Below, piece by piece: positions 1 to 7,979 of a stretch of 43,730 nucleotides of DNA. The stretch is from Nitrosopumilales archaeon (lineage in GTDB: Archaea > Thermoproteota > Nitrososphaeria > Nitrososphaerales > Nitrososphaeraceae). The DNA is taken from contig JBIQJB010000017.1 of the NCBI GenBank assembly GCA_044507735.1, positions 1 through 43,730 on the forward strand, given 5' to 3'. Numbering within the stretch: position 1 is the stretch's first letter; each line of letters starts with the position of its first letter. Under the pieces are notes generated by a model that saw only the letters and a program-made list of their open reading frames with translations, was not told the origin of the DNA and made no database searches. The translations under genes were made by a program, and so were the position numbers.

Positions 1-993
1 GGGACAGAGCATGAGCTGTTCGAGCTGGAATACAGCGCATACAACCTCTTTTTCAGCACGAGCATGATAGGCGCCCGCACAGGAAAAGAGAAACACAGGG
101 CTGCGATAATCTACCTTGCCGAGTCCTTCTGGAACAACCTGACGTACTGCAAGATGGACCTTGGCGAGTCTCACCAGCAGCTTGCCGACCTCGTCGTAGT
201 AAATGAGGTGCAGTGGTACGAAGAGCCCGATGGTGATGGAGTTCCTAATAGCAGGAAGGTAAAGCGGCACGACCTGTCCACATGGGGCGAAGCTACTGCG
301 ATAGAGGTCGAGACTGATCCGGTGCACCGTGAAGAGCAGGTTGTCGAGAACTACAACAAGAACAGGGAACAGGGGCTGAAGGTGCAGTACGTCGTCTTTA
401 GCAAAAGTGACGGGGATGCCATAAGGCGCTTTCTCACTGAAAAGAGGGGAATACCTGCCGAAACGTACAGCATATCCATTATGGACATTGCAGAAGTCGA
501 GCGGTTCAGGCGTGAAAAGCTAGGAGCACTTGCTGACGACGAAAGCATCACAGGGGCAGGCGGCATATCTCCGGAAGAGATGAGGGCGATCGCGCTGGTA
601 AAGGGCAAGCAGGTAAGGCGGGAAAACGAAGATGAAGATGCCAACGATGACAATGATGATGATAACTTACCTAACCATCACAACATCAAAGATGGCGGGC
701 GTGACAATGACTATATGTCTGGTGATTACGCTGTCGAGGTCACTACAGCGGACATCACTCCACTGACAGACAGCGATGGTAGTAATGACAATAATGGTGA
801 AGATAACAATGACAATGACGATGATGCTTTGACCGCAACATCATTGTCAGACAGGTCAGATGAAGAGTTGAAGGCGATGCTCGTCGCGCTTCCGCCACAC
901 CCGGACGCCGCAGAAGCAAAGAAGGTCATGGAGGAGAGGGGGTACAGGGTGCTGCTGACTGTGAAGGGGAACTACAAGGTGTTCAAACGGTGA
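1..993 (+). CDS. 5'-truncated hypothetical protein; C-terminal PD-(D/E)xK-like domain and D/N-rich tail
   Basis: Frame is open from base 1. Motifs H..AI...'LADLVV'...'AIEVET' resemble a restriction-endonuclease-like fold. Acidic low-complexity tracts at ~625-665 and ~775-825. Confidence 0.6.
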   Translation, partial: GTEHELFELEYSAYNLFFSTSMIGARTGKEKHRAAIIYLAESFWNNLTYCKMDLGESHQQLADLVVVNEVQWYEEPDGDGVPNSRKVKRHDLSTWGEATAIEVETDPVHREEQVVENYNKNREQGLKVQYVVFSKSDGDAIRRFLTEKRGIPAETYSISIMDIAEVERFRREKLGALADDESITGAGGISPEEMRAIALVKGKQVRRENEDEDANDDNDDDNLPNHHNIKDGGRDNDYMSGDYAVEVTTADITPLTDSDGSNDNNGEDNNDNDDDALTATSLSDRSDEELKAMLVALPPHPDAAEAKKVMEERGYRVLLTVKGNYKVFKR

Positions 994-1143
994 ACGAGCC
1001 TTCAGACATGCATCTCAAGAGGCTACTTCTCCTAAAGATAGGTCTAGAAATAATGAAGAAGTATATCTTCTAGTATATTCGAACTACATTACTGCCACAA
1101 ATTGATCCGAAGATTTCAAACAGACTGGAACTTGGTGTCATGG

Positions 1144-2285
1144 ATTAAGTCAAGTTCTGGAAGTGTATTAAGATAATTTTGACACCTCGGTAAACATGCT
1201 TTCTGTCAGCCCCTCTTACGTCCATCCCGTCATCCCCTCACAATGAAATTCAAGCTGACCAGAAAGGAGCGCAGGCACATTGAGAAGTTCATCAGGGGGA
1301 GACCAAGGACAAACTGGAGTACGCACGGGGCACCGCGATACTCATGAGGTGGAGGGGAAAGAAGGCAAAGGACGTGGCCAGGGAACTGAACGTTTGCGAG
1401 GGAGCCATCTTCAAGTGGGAACGCGTGTACAGGAAAGCTGGCGTGGACGCCCTGAGGAGAAGGAAGGCATCCGGCAGACCCGCTTACAAGAAACCGGCCG
1501 CAAGAAAGCTCATACCTGAATTGATGAAGAAGGACCCACAGGCGTACGGCTACCTGAAGGGGAGGTGGGTAGTCAGGGACATCTCCAGGGCGCTCAGGGA
1601 AGAGGGGGTAGACATCAGTCCCACCCAGGTACACGGACTGCTAGGAGAGCTGGGGCTATCCTACAAAAGGCCCAAACTGGACGTAAAAAGAAGCGACGAC
1701 CCGTCATACACCAGAAAGGAGAAGGAGGTCAGGGCATACAAGCAGATAGCTCCTGCCCTTGAAAAAAGGGGATCCTCGTAGCATTCCAGGACGAGGCATG
1801 GCTGTCTCTCTACCCCAAGGTAGAAGCCGAGTGGATGGAGAAGGGTCATCAGAAGAAGGTTCTCACGCCGGGCTACAATGCAAGGCGGAACATGTTTGTC
1901 ACCCTGTCCTGGCCAAAGAAGAGTAAGAGGAACTGGTTCATCTTCAACACCTATGCAAAGAGGAGGAGCAGGGAGTTCAAACTCCACCTGTCAAACGTCA
2001 TGCAGTACGCGAGGGCGCGGAGCCAGAAAGGTCATCCTCTTTGTAGACCATGCACCGTGCCACAAGACCAGGAACGTGAAAAAGTTCATCCGGGAACATC
2101 CTATGCTCAAGGTGAAGATGCTCCCAAAGAGGGCGCCAAACCTCAATCCCGTGGAGAGGAAGGTGAACAAGCCCTTGAAGTCAGCTGTCTGTACCAACCG
2201 TTCCTACTCTGACATAGATGACGTAGTCAGAAACGGGCGCAGATTCCTCACGCGATATAAACGGACTTACGGAACTTGACTTAAT
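1144..2285 (+). mobile_element. IS630-family insertion sequence
   Basis: Inverted repeats ATTAAGTCAAGTTCtGgAAGT (1144-1164) and ACTTaCgGAACTTGACTTAAT (2265-2285), 19/21 match. TA at 1146-1147 and 2282-2283 fits a TA target duplication. Encloses HTH and DDE transposase segments. Confidence 0.9.
1243..2279 (+). pseudogene. IS630 transposase, split over four reading-frame segments
   Basis: HTH segment (KDVARELNV...IFKWERVY, winged helix LSYKRPK) and DDE motifs FQDEAW, LFVDHAPCH, PNLNPVE. Frame changes at G5 1295-1299, A6G4 1762-1771 and ~2011-2020. Confidence 0.85.
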
Positions 2286-2360
2286 ATAGTATGTCCTGTC
2301 TCTCTAGGTTTCTGTCAGGAACACATAGCTTGGCATCGTGAACTACAATTGAATCGACTA

Positions 2361-2864
2361 TTACTTCAAGCCCTTCCTTTTTGTAAAAGCGATCACTCCG
2401 CCCATGGCCGCAACAGCTACCAAAAGAGGGAGAGGAAATTCCGGCACTACCGTGGTCGCAGTAATGGAATAAGACCCAACAACTCCCGATGTGGGTAATT
2501 CATAATTATCTTATTGTGGGTCGAGTTTCCTTCCAAGCTGACTGAAACGGACTCATAGGCGCCCTCTTGGAATGCAAGTCCGTCAGTCAGATTCTTCGGA
2601 ACTGTTATCTCCGCATGGCCACTGGTACCTGCTTCTCCAGCGGCAAAGAACTGTAACTGCCTGTCAATAATTTTCAGCCTGATCCCATATTCTGAAGAGT
2701 TCGTAGACACGCCAACATCGAACCTTTGACCTTGTACAACAATGGGAAACACTGCAGCTTGACCTACGACGAAAAGGTGTACGAAGCATGCCTATCGAGC
2801 TATGCGATGCAAATACTGCATATGATGTAGATTGGTATATTGCAAAACTGACAGATGCTGCCAA
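2361..2864 (-). pseudogene. Frameshifted secreted protein with PEFG/PEFP-CTERM sorting signal
   Basis: Joining frames gives ...FPIVVQGQRFDVGVSTNS...GHAEITVPKNL...NYPH, then SYSITATTVVPEFPLPLLVAVAAMGGVIAFTKRKGLK* (PEFP + TM helix + basic tail). At least two frameshifts. Confidence 0.75.
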
Positions 2865-2991
2865 TTCGATAACAGATCCTTTGGCTATCGCATAAATATC
2901 TAGGAACCTCTCTCGCTTATATTTTTCTATAATAATTTACTATCATCCAACACCTGTCATTATAATAAGTACTGTACCCTTATAGTTAATA

Positions 2992-3759
2992 ATGAATAAA
3001 CTATCCCGATTTTTGGATGGTGGCAACTTTAGAACCGCCCTATTGGTACTGTTATCGAGCGTCTTGGTAGGCTTTGCCTTTACATCTGCAGCAAAAACTG
3101 CGCAGGCGGCTGCGTATGGCGTCATTCACGGCGTCGCAGAAGGGGGAAGCTGGAGAAGCGTCTCGGGCAGCATAGATACTCCAAACCCATCGTCTTTGGA
3201 CAACTGGTCGCACAAGCATTACATGGTATACTTCAGCGACGGCCTGAGTCCGTTCACCGCGGGAGCTGGAATCTTCATATTCAAGAACTCGGCTAGTGAT
3301 CCCATTGTCAAGTGTTACCTGAGGTTGTTCTTCAACGACAACCCGACCGACAATGCAAACATAATAACGTGCAGCCCGTCACCGTCTGGAACGGTCTCCA
3401 TAAAGGTTGAGCAGACGACCAATGGAGGATACTCTTTCAAAGGAACATCCGGCGCCCACACCTACACATACACGTATACAGAGAGCCAAGTAGCTCATCC
3501 AAGCTATTTTGGTGCAGTTTCAACCGGCAATACGAACAATCTCAATATGTACAGCTTCGTCTCCAACCTGAAGGTGACTGACTGGAGCGGCAACGATAAG
3601 AACTTCGCCAGTATTGCCAACTACAAGTGCTACGTCGACAGCGGATACAAGTACGACAACCAGAACAGAAACGCCTACCTTTCGGGGCCGCCTGGGCCGA
3701 CGTCCCAGGAATGCACTATACAACAGGATCAGTATAGACCGCACGCGGAGTGGGATTAA
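2992..3759 (+). CDS. Secreted beta-rich hypothetical protein (possible G1-peptidase/neprosin-like concanavalin fold)
   Basis: Signal peptide ending AQA-A, S/T/N/Y/G-rich mature part with 4 Cys. Fold assignment is only a weak resemblance (WRSVSGSIDTP). Confidence 0.7.
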   Translation: MNKLSRFLDGGNFRTALLVLLSSVLVGFAFTSAAKTAQAAAYGVIHGVAEGGSWRSVSGSIDTPNPSSLDNWSHKHYMVYFSDGLSPFTAGAGIFIFKNSASDPIVKCYLRLFFNDNPTDNANIITCSPSPSGTVSIKVEQTTNGGYSFKGTSGAHTYTYTYTESQVAHPSYFGAVSTGNTNNLNMYSFVSNLKVTDWSGNDKNFASIANYKCYVDSGYKYDNQNRNAYLSGPPGPTSQECTIQQDQYRPHAEWD

Positions 3760-4442
3760 TGATGAATAACAACAGAAAATACCAAATCGCCAGTATCGCC
3801 GGGGTTGCGATACTCGGAGCATTGCTCGTGGCTGTCTTCGCGCCGACAGCTTCTCCAGAAGGAGAGCAAGGCATGAGCTACATACCGAAGCGGATACTCG
3901 GTCTGCAGACCGGAGACGAGCTCCCAAGCGCAGAAGCAGCAGAGGCGTGCGGAGAGTCGCTTGAGACGATAAAATCAGAGGCACCGTTTCCGGTGCTAAC
4001 GCCCGGCACGCTTCCAGAAGGCTACTCGCTCAAATCTGCGGACTATGTTCCGCCAGACAGGGTGACGCTCCACTATTTTGACGCAAACGTCTGCGGAGAC
4101 AACGCGGGTAGGCTCAGGGATGGCGTGATCGAGCTTGTCGCTGGCCCATTGAACACCATTACCGACGCAAGAAACGGGCAAGAATACGTGGACAGGCTAG
4201 TCGAGAGCTGGCAGAAAGCAAATGCCACCGCATTTAACTTTGACGGCAAGCCGGCTGTGGGATATCCCGCAGGCGTAGGAACGTCAAGGGCGATTGACGA
4301 AAACGGCGAAGTGGTGCATACGTACCAGTACGACTATCCTGCGTCGATCTGGGTGGTTGACGACACTACATCGACCGTCTACAAGCTCACGGGCTACATT
4401 CCTCTGGAAGACCTGACTGTGATAGCCCGGTCGCTAAAATAG
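3759..4442 (+). CDS. Membrane-anchored extracellular protein (DUF4367-like)
   Basis: TAATG overlap with the upstream stop, N-terminal TM helix, APFPVLTPGTLPEGYSL motif. Confidence 0.7.
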   Translation: MMNNNRKYQIASIAGVAILGALLVAVFAPTASPEGEQGMSYIPKRILGLQTGDELPSAEAAEACGESLETIKSEAPFPVLTPGTLPEGYSLKSADYVPPDRVTLHYFDANVCGDNAGRLRDGVIELVAGPLNTITDARNGQEYVDRLVESWQKANATAFNFDGKPAVGYPAGVGTSRAIDENGEVVHTYQYDYPASIWVVDDTTSTVYKLTGYIPLEDLTVIARSLK

Positions 4443-4680
4443 GCCGAAAAACCCCTCCCCACTTTTTGTCATAAGAAATCTTCTAAGTTGTGTAAAGTTC
4501 AGTATTTGCCTTCGCGATGCAGTTCATTCGTGCGACCACAGTGCATTGGATGCCGCAGTAGCTACTAAAAGAGGAACCACAAATCCCGGAGCAAGGTTAA
4601 TAGCTGCCGTGAGGGTTGGTTTCAAATGGGGGTCATCGGTATGTCTTGCCGTTTTATGGTCGTTATTACCACTGTCGAAC

Positions 4681-4723
4681 ATTTGAACCCATGTTTTTTG
4701 GGAATCAAATCCCACTGGCCCCA
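4681..4723 (+). other. Candidate att site: tRNA 3'-end-like fragment with imperfect inverted repeat
   Basis: TCAAAT-CCCAC-TGGCCCC-A (4705-4723) has T-loop/T-stem/acceptor/discriminator spacing. ATTTGAACCCA (4681-4691) is an inverted copy of the T-arm part. Confidence 0.5.
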
Positions 4724-4888
4724 CTACGTTATTGTATTTACCTGTAGTACCATGATGGAGGGTTAGGATTTTGATTGGCGGAATTCCAAGTGTGGTGGTC
4801 CTTCCACTTCCTTCTTTGCAATGCACCAAAGCGGCAGAACACTTGCTCATACTTGGTGATTTGCTCTCGTTAGCCGTCCATCTCCGGA

Positions 4889-5413
4889 TTATTTGATTTC
4901 GAGCTTCCCTTTCATGTATGGGTGCACTGTGCATGAATATTCATGCTCTCCTGCCCCGACTTCTTGGGCTTTCATTGTAAAGGCCTCTCCGGGATTGATG
5001 ATGCTTGAATCAAATAGATCGTCGCTTGTGGCTGTGTGGGGAACTGAATCATCGTTTTTCCATGCGATCGTCTTGTCTATCGCAACTTCGGCCGTATCTG
5101 GATCATACGACGGATTGCCCTGTACAGACGAGCCCTGCAGAATGGTGATGACTACTGCGTCTGGAGGGATCGCAGCGCTCTGGTTCTGTCCTGCGGCGCT
5201 GCCCCCTCCCTGCGATCCAGTTTCCGCAGTACTTGTCTCTCCGCCTTCTTCCATCTCACCCACAGCCGGCCCTTCAAAGGGCACCTGTTGAAACCCCGCG
5301 GACGAAAGCAGTGGCCCTGGAGAGACCATGCTAAAGAGCATAAATGAAACTATTCCTACTACTGCTCCCAGCGCGATTATTACTGAAAATGCAACTTTTC
5401 CCGTTTTCGGCAA
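4889..5413 (-). CDS. Membrane-anchored blue copper (cupredoxin/plastocyanin-like) protein
   Basis: N-terminal TM helix; type-1 Cu ligands PHTAT and YSCTVHPYM. Confidence 0.93.
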   Translation of the reverse strand: MPKTGKVAFSVIIALGAVVGIVSFMLFSMVSPGPLLSSAGFQQVPFEGPAVGEMEEGGETSTAETGSQGGGSAAGQNQSAAIPPDAVVITILQGSSVQGNPSYDPDTAEVAIDKTIAWKNDDSVPHTATSDDLFDSSIINPGEAFTMKAQEVGAGEHEYSCTVHPYMKGKLEIK

Positions 5414-5592
5414 GAATGCTACGAACCTCCTCTGTACTAGTAGATCTTATCATTATTAAGAGGAAAGCTGTCTGGAAGTCGTCGTTTGATGTCTAGGAAC
5501 TCTTTCTGGTTCTCTACGCAGACAGCAGATTCTGAGCATATTGTTAAAAGAAAGCCAGAAAGTGGTCAGCAAAGGCTTTCCCAGAAAAATGG

Positions 5593-6175
5593 CATGATGA
5601 ATATTCGCAATGATCTAGAGGAAAATGAGAAGAAAATCCGGCCAGATCAAAGCCAGGAATTTCTCATTGCTAATAAAATCATTGTACTGAACATCTTACT
5701 AGCGCCGGCCTGCGCAGTCACTAAATATGCTGATCTGCAATGGCGGCATGCATTGATCGAAAGCAACGCTTCGATTGAATGGCATCAAAAAGATTTCGAC
5801 GAGCTGCGCAAGAGGTCAAGCCAGGTCAGCAAGGAAGTCGATAGAATCGCAGCCGATCTCGATATGCTCAGGGAAAAAGAGGTACAGCTGCTGGAGGATA
5901 TCCGCCGGTGCGACGCGGAGGAGATGAGCCTGATTTCCGACTTTGACAAGTGGATCGTTTACTACAATGAAGTGGCGGCAAGCAGGATGAAGGAGCTGCA
6001 AAGAAGGGTGAAGGAGCTGCGCAAGAAAAGAGTAGAAAGCATGGACGAACTGACCAAAATTCGGATCCGCATATGCGCGCTTGAATCTAAATGCGAAATG
6101 CTGTCGTACCGACAAGGGGAGATCATGTGGGAAAGTAAGATGCAAGGTGTAAAGAAGAGAAAGTGGAAAGCGTAA
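5593..6175 (+). CDS. Coiled-coil hypothetical protein (start uncertain)
   Basis: Long ORF with E/K/R/L heptad-like composition in the C-terminal two-thirds. Confidence 0.6.
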
Positions 6176-6184
6176 GGATCTAAA

Positions 6185-6334
6185 TTACAGTGGGAACTCG
6201 CACATTTCTCTGTGTCCGGCAGACTCGTTGTGGTATTCGATGTCGGACTTGAATAGGAATGATGCACCGCAGCCCATGCAGACATAAACCTTGTCCAACT
6301 TTTCTATTGATACTTTCATCACATTCTGTGACAT
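6185..6334 (-). CDS. C2H2 zinc-finger microprotein (49 aa), absent from the ORF track
   Basis: MSQNVMKVSIEKLDKVYVCMGCGASFLFKSDIEYHNESAGHREMCEFPL: Y-x-C-x2-C-x3-F-x8-H-x5-H. Confidence 0.8.
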   Translation of the reverse strand: MSQNVMKVSIEKLDKVYVCMGCGASFLFKSDIEYHNESAGHREMCEFPL

Positions 6335-6411
6335 ATGCGGACAGATCTGCGGAAGAGATTTAAAAAATAGGACGAAACTAAACTCCTAAAAGCGATTACA
6401 TTGTATTACAT

Positions 6412-6963
6412 TTGATGTCGTCATCATCTGCAGGACGATCTTTGCGAAAGCGGGAGAGGATGATAACCCTCCGGGTTAACGACCAATCATTCAACATCAT
6501 CAAGGACTTTGCGGCAAACCGCGGGCTGAGCGTCAACGCATATCTTAATGCAGTCATTGATTCCGAAGCCGAATGGTTCATCCCCACAAGTTCGTACGCT
6601 GCAGTCACGGTCCCAAAAGCAATGCTTGCGACGCTGTTCAGCCTGATAGACCTCCAGAACATCGAAGCACTGGCGAAAAAGTGGGCCGCAGAGGCTCGGA
6701 ACATTATCATGCTTTCAGGCCAAGAGCCAAGCGCAGAATCGGCTCTTGATTTTGTACGAAAAGTCTCGAAATATTTCATGGGGACTGACGCAAGGATCAA
6801 GTCTACAGGCGATTCGATATCGATTGCGATAAGACATGACGGGGGGGTTAACTTCTCTTACTTTACTGCCCAGTCATTTGTCCATCTCTTCCAGAGGATA
6901 CAGATCCGCGCTTTTGTGGACCACGACGAGACCACCGTTTTCATCAGGATAGAAAAGCCCTAG
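6412..6963 (+). CDS. Ribbon-helix-helix-type putative regulator
   Basis: ITLRVN...IIKDFAANRGLSVNAYLNAVI RHH pattern followed by an alpha/beta domain. Confidence 0.7.
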   Translation: MMSSSSAGRSLRKRERMITLRVNDQSFNIIKDFAANRGLSVNAYLNAVIDSEAEWFIPTSSYAAVTVPKAMLATLFSLIDLQNIEALAKKWAAEARNIIMLSGQEPSAESALDFVRKVSKYFMGTDARIKSTGDSISIAIRHDGGVNFSYFTAQSFVHLFQRIQIRAFVDHDETTVFIRIEKP

Positions 6964-7745
6964 ACTGACGGCGAGCAAAGATGCCCTGTCAAGAGCTCGA
7001 GTTCTTTTCCGTACCTGCGGGCTATCTTCTTGGCTCCTTCTTCGTACGCGTCTGCGATGCTTGCAGCCATCCTGATAGCTTGACTCTTGTCAAGAGAAGG
7101 ATTTTGAAGCATGAGGACTGTGGGGTAGTTCAATTTGCCGATAGCAATGTCCTTGTTTTCGACTTCTGCATCTCTTATGTCGTTCCTGATCTGGTACGCC
7201 AGACAGGATAGATTGCCGTATTCTATAAGGTCATTGTCCATCTCACTACCGGTAACGAGGACTGCGCACTCTATTCTGCCAGTGAACCACGGGCCGGTCT
7301 TTAGAAGAACCATTCTATTGTAGAGGGAGTCTGACAACGACCTCTTTGCGAGTTGCAGGTCTTCCACCTCGCCCATGCAGGTCATGCTCATCAAGTCAAA
7401 GAATTTCGCTACAGTCTTGGACCACGCATCTGCAGAAACTGAGGGGGGTGGAGGAATCTGAACGCCGCTGCACAATCGAAACACCTGCTGCAGCACCTGC
7501 AGCCACCTAAGGTCTGAGGAAGAAGAATAATCCATCATGTCATCAGCCTTTCTGGCGAGCTGCCAAAATGTTGTAAAGAATGATTCTATCTGGTAGCCTA
7601 CTCTCTCATCGCAGCTATGTAACCTAGCTATTGTCGGGGCGAGCACCTGCCTTGCCCGCTCGCTCGCGTTGAGTTCAAATACAACACTACACGCGGACAC
7701 AAACTTTCGATAGTAAGAATCTATACTAAAATAATTGTGCGACAT
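6960..7745 (-). CDS. Atypical class I isoprenoid synthase / polyprenyl synthetase-fold protein (ComQ-like motif pattern)
   Basis: DDMMD (first Asp-rich motif), GEVEDL, LLKTG, LAYQIRNDIRD (second motif as NDxxD), KDIAIGKLNYP. No RRG after the first motif. Confidence 0.8.
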   Translation of the reverse strand: MSHNYFSIDSYYRKFVSACSVVFELNASERARQVLAPTIARLHSCDERVGYQIESFFTTFWQLARKADDMMDYSSSSDLRWLQVLQQVFRLCSGVQIPPPPSVSADAWSKTVAKFFDLMSMTCMGEVEDLQLAKRSLSDSLYNRMVLLKTGPWFTGRIECAVLVTGSEMDNDLIEYGNLSCLAYQIRNDIRDAEVENKDIAIGKLNYPTVLMLQNPSLDKSQAIRMAASIADAYEEGAKKIARRYGKELELLTGHLCSPSV

Positions 7746-7786
7746 TTTTATGAAATGAGTATACTGAATATTACTTTGATTTGTTG

Positions 7787-7901
7787 ATGGCCTAGCCTCT
7801 CATCCAGCGAGTGGCGAAACTTGCATGCTTTTTACACCCGGTCAAGATCGTCGTGATGTCGTGTTGGAAGCAGGACAACTTCTGCCTGTAGCTATGGCCA
7901 T
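7787..7901 (+). ncRNA. Candidate structured RNA (multi-stem, ~115 nt)
   Basis: Closing stem ATGGCC-TAGC / GCTA-T-GGCCAT. Internal hairpins GCGAGT/ACTTGC and GCAGGA/TTCTGC with G-U pairs that favour the + strand. Confidence 0.35.
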
Positions 7902-7912
7902 TGCAACGAGTG

Positions 7913-7942
7913 TTTAAATAACGGGAATTAGGTAAGCCTAAC
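7913..7942 (+). promoter_or_regulatory. TATA box plus DtxR/IdeR-like iron box upstream of ftr1
   Basis: TTTAAATA (7913-7920) followed by the palindrome TTAGGTAAGCCTAA (7928-7941), resembling the DtxR/IdeR consensus TTAGGTTAGCCTAACCTAA. Confidence 0.7.
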
Positions 7943-7979
7943 TGCGTCGATGAGTCGCAACTATTGGACTTGAATTGAA

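Noticed and set aside
1200-2318. 10-bp direct repeat TTTCTGTCAG (1200-1209, 2309-2318) as a target duplication
   Set aside because: One copy is inside and one outside the IS630 inverted repeats; IS630 duplicates TA.
4524-4934. 136-aa minus-strand ORF
   Set aside because: Overlaps the cupredoxin end and the att-like site, has no motif; likely spurious.
7787-7901. 5S rRNA, tRNA or hammerhead identity (GGCCATAGC start on the minus strand; CTGGATGAG and CGAAAC fragments)
   Set aside because: No T-arm or conserved 5S loops, and the hammerhead-like fragments lie on opposite strands.
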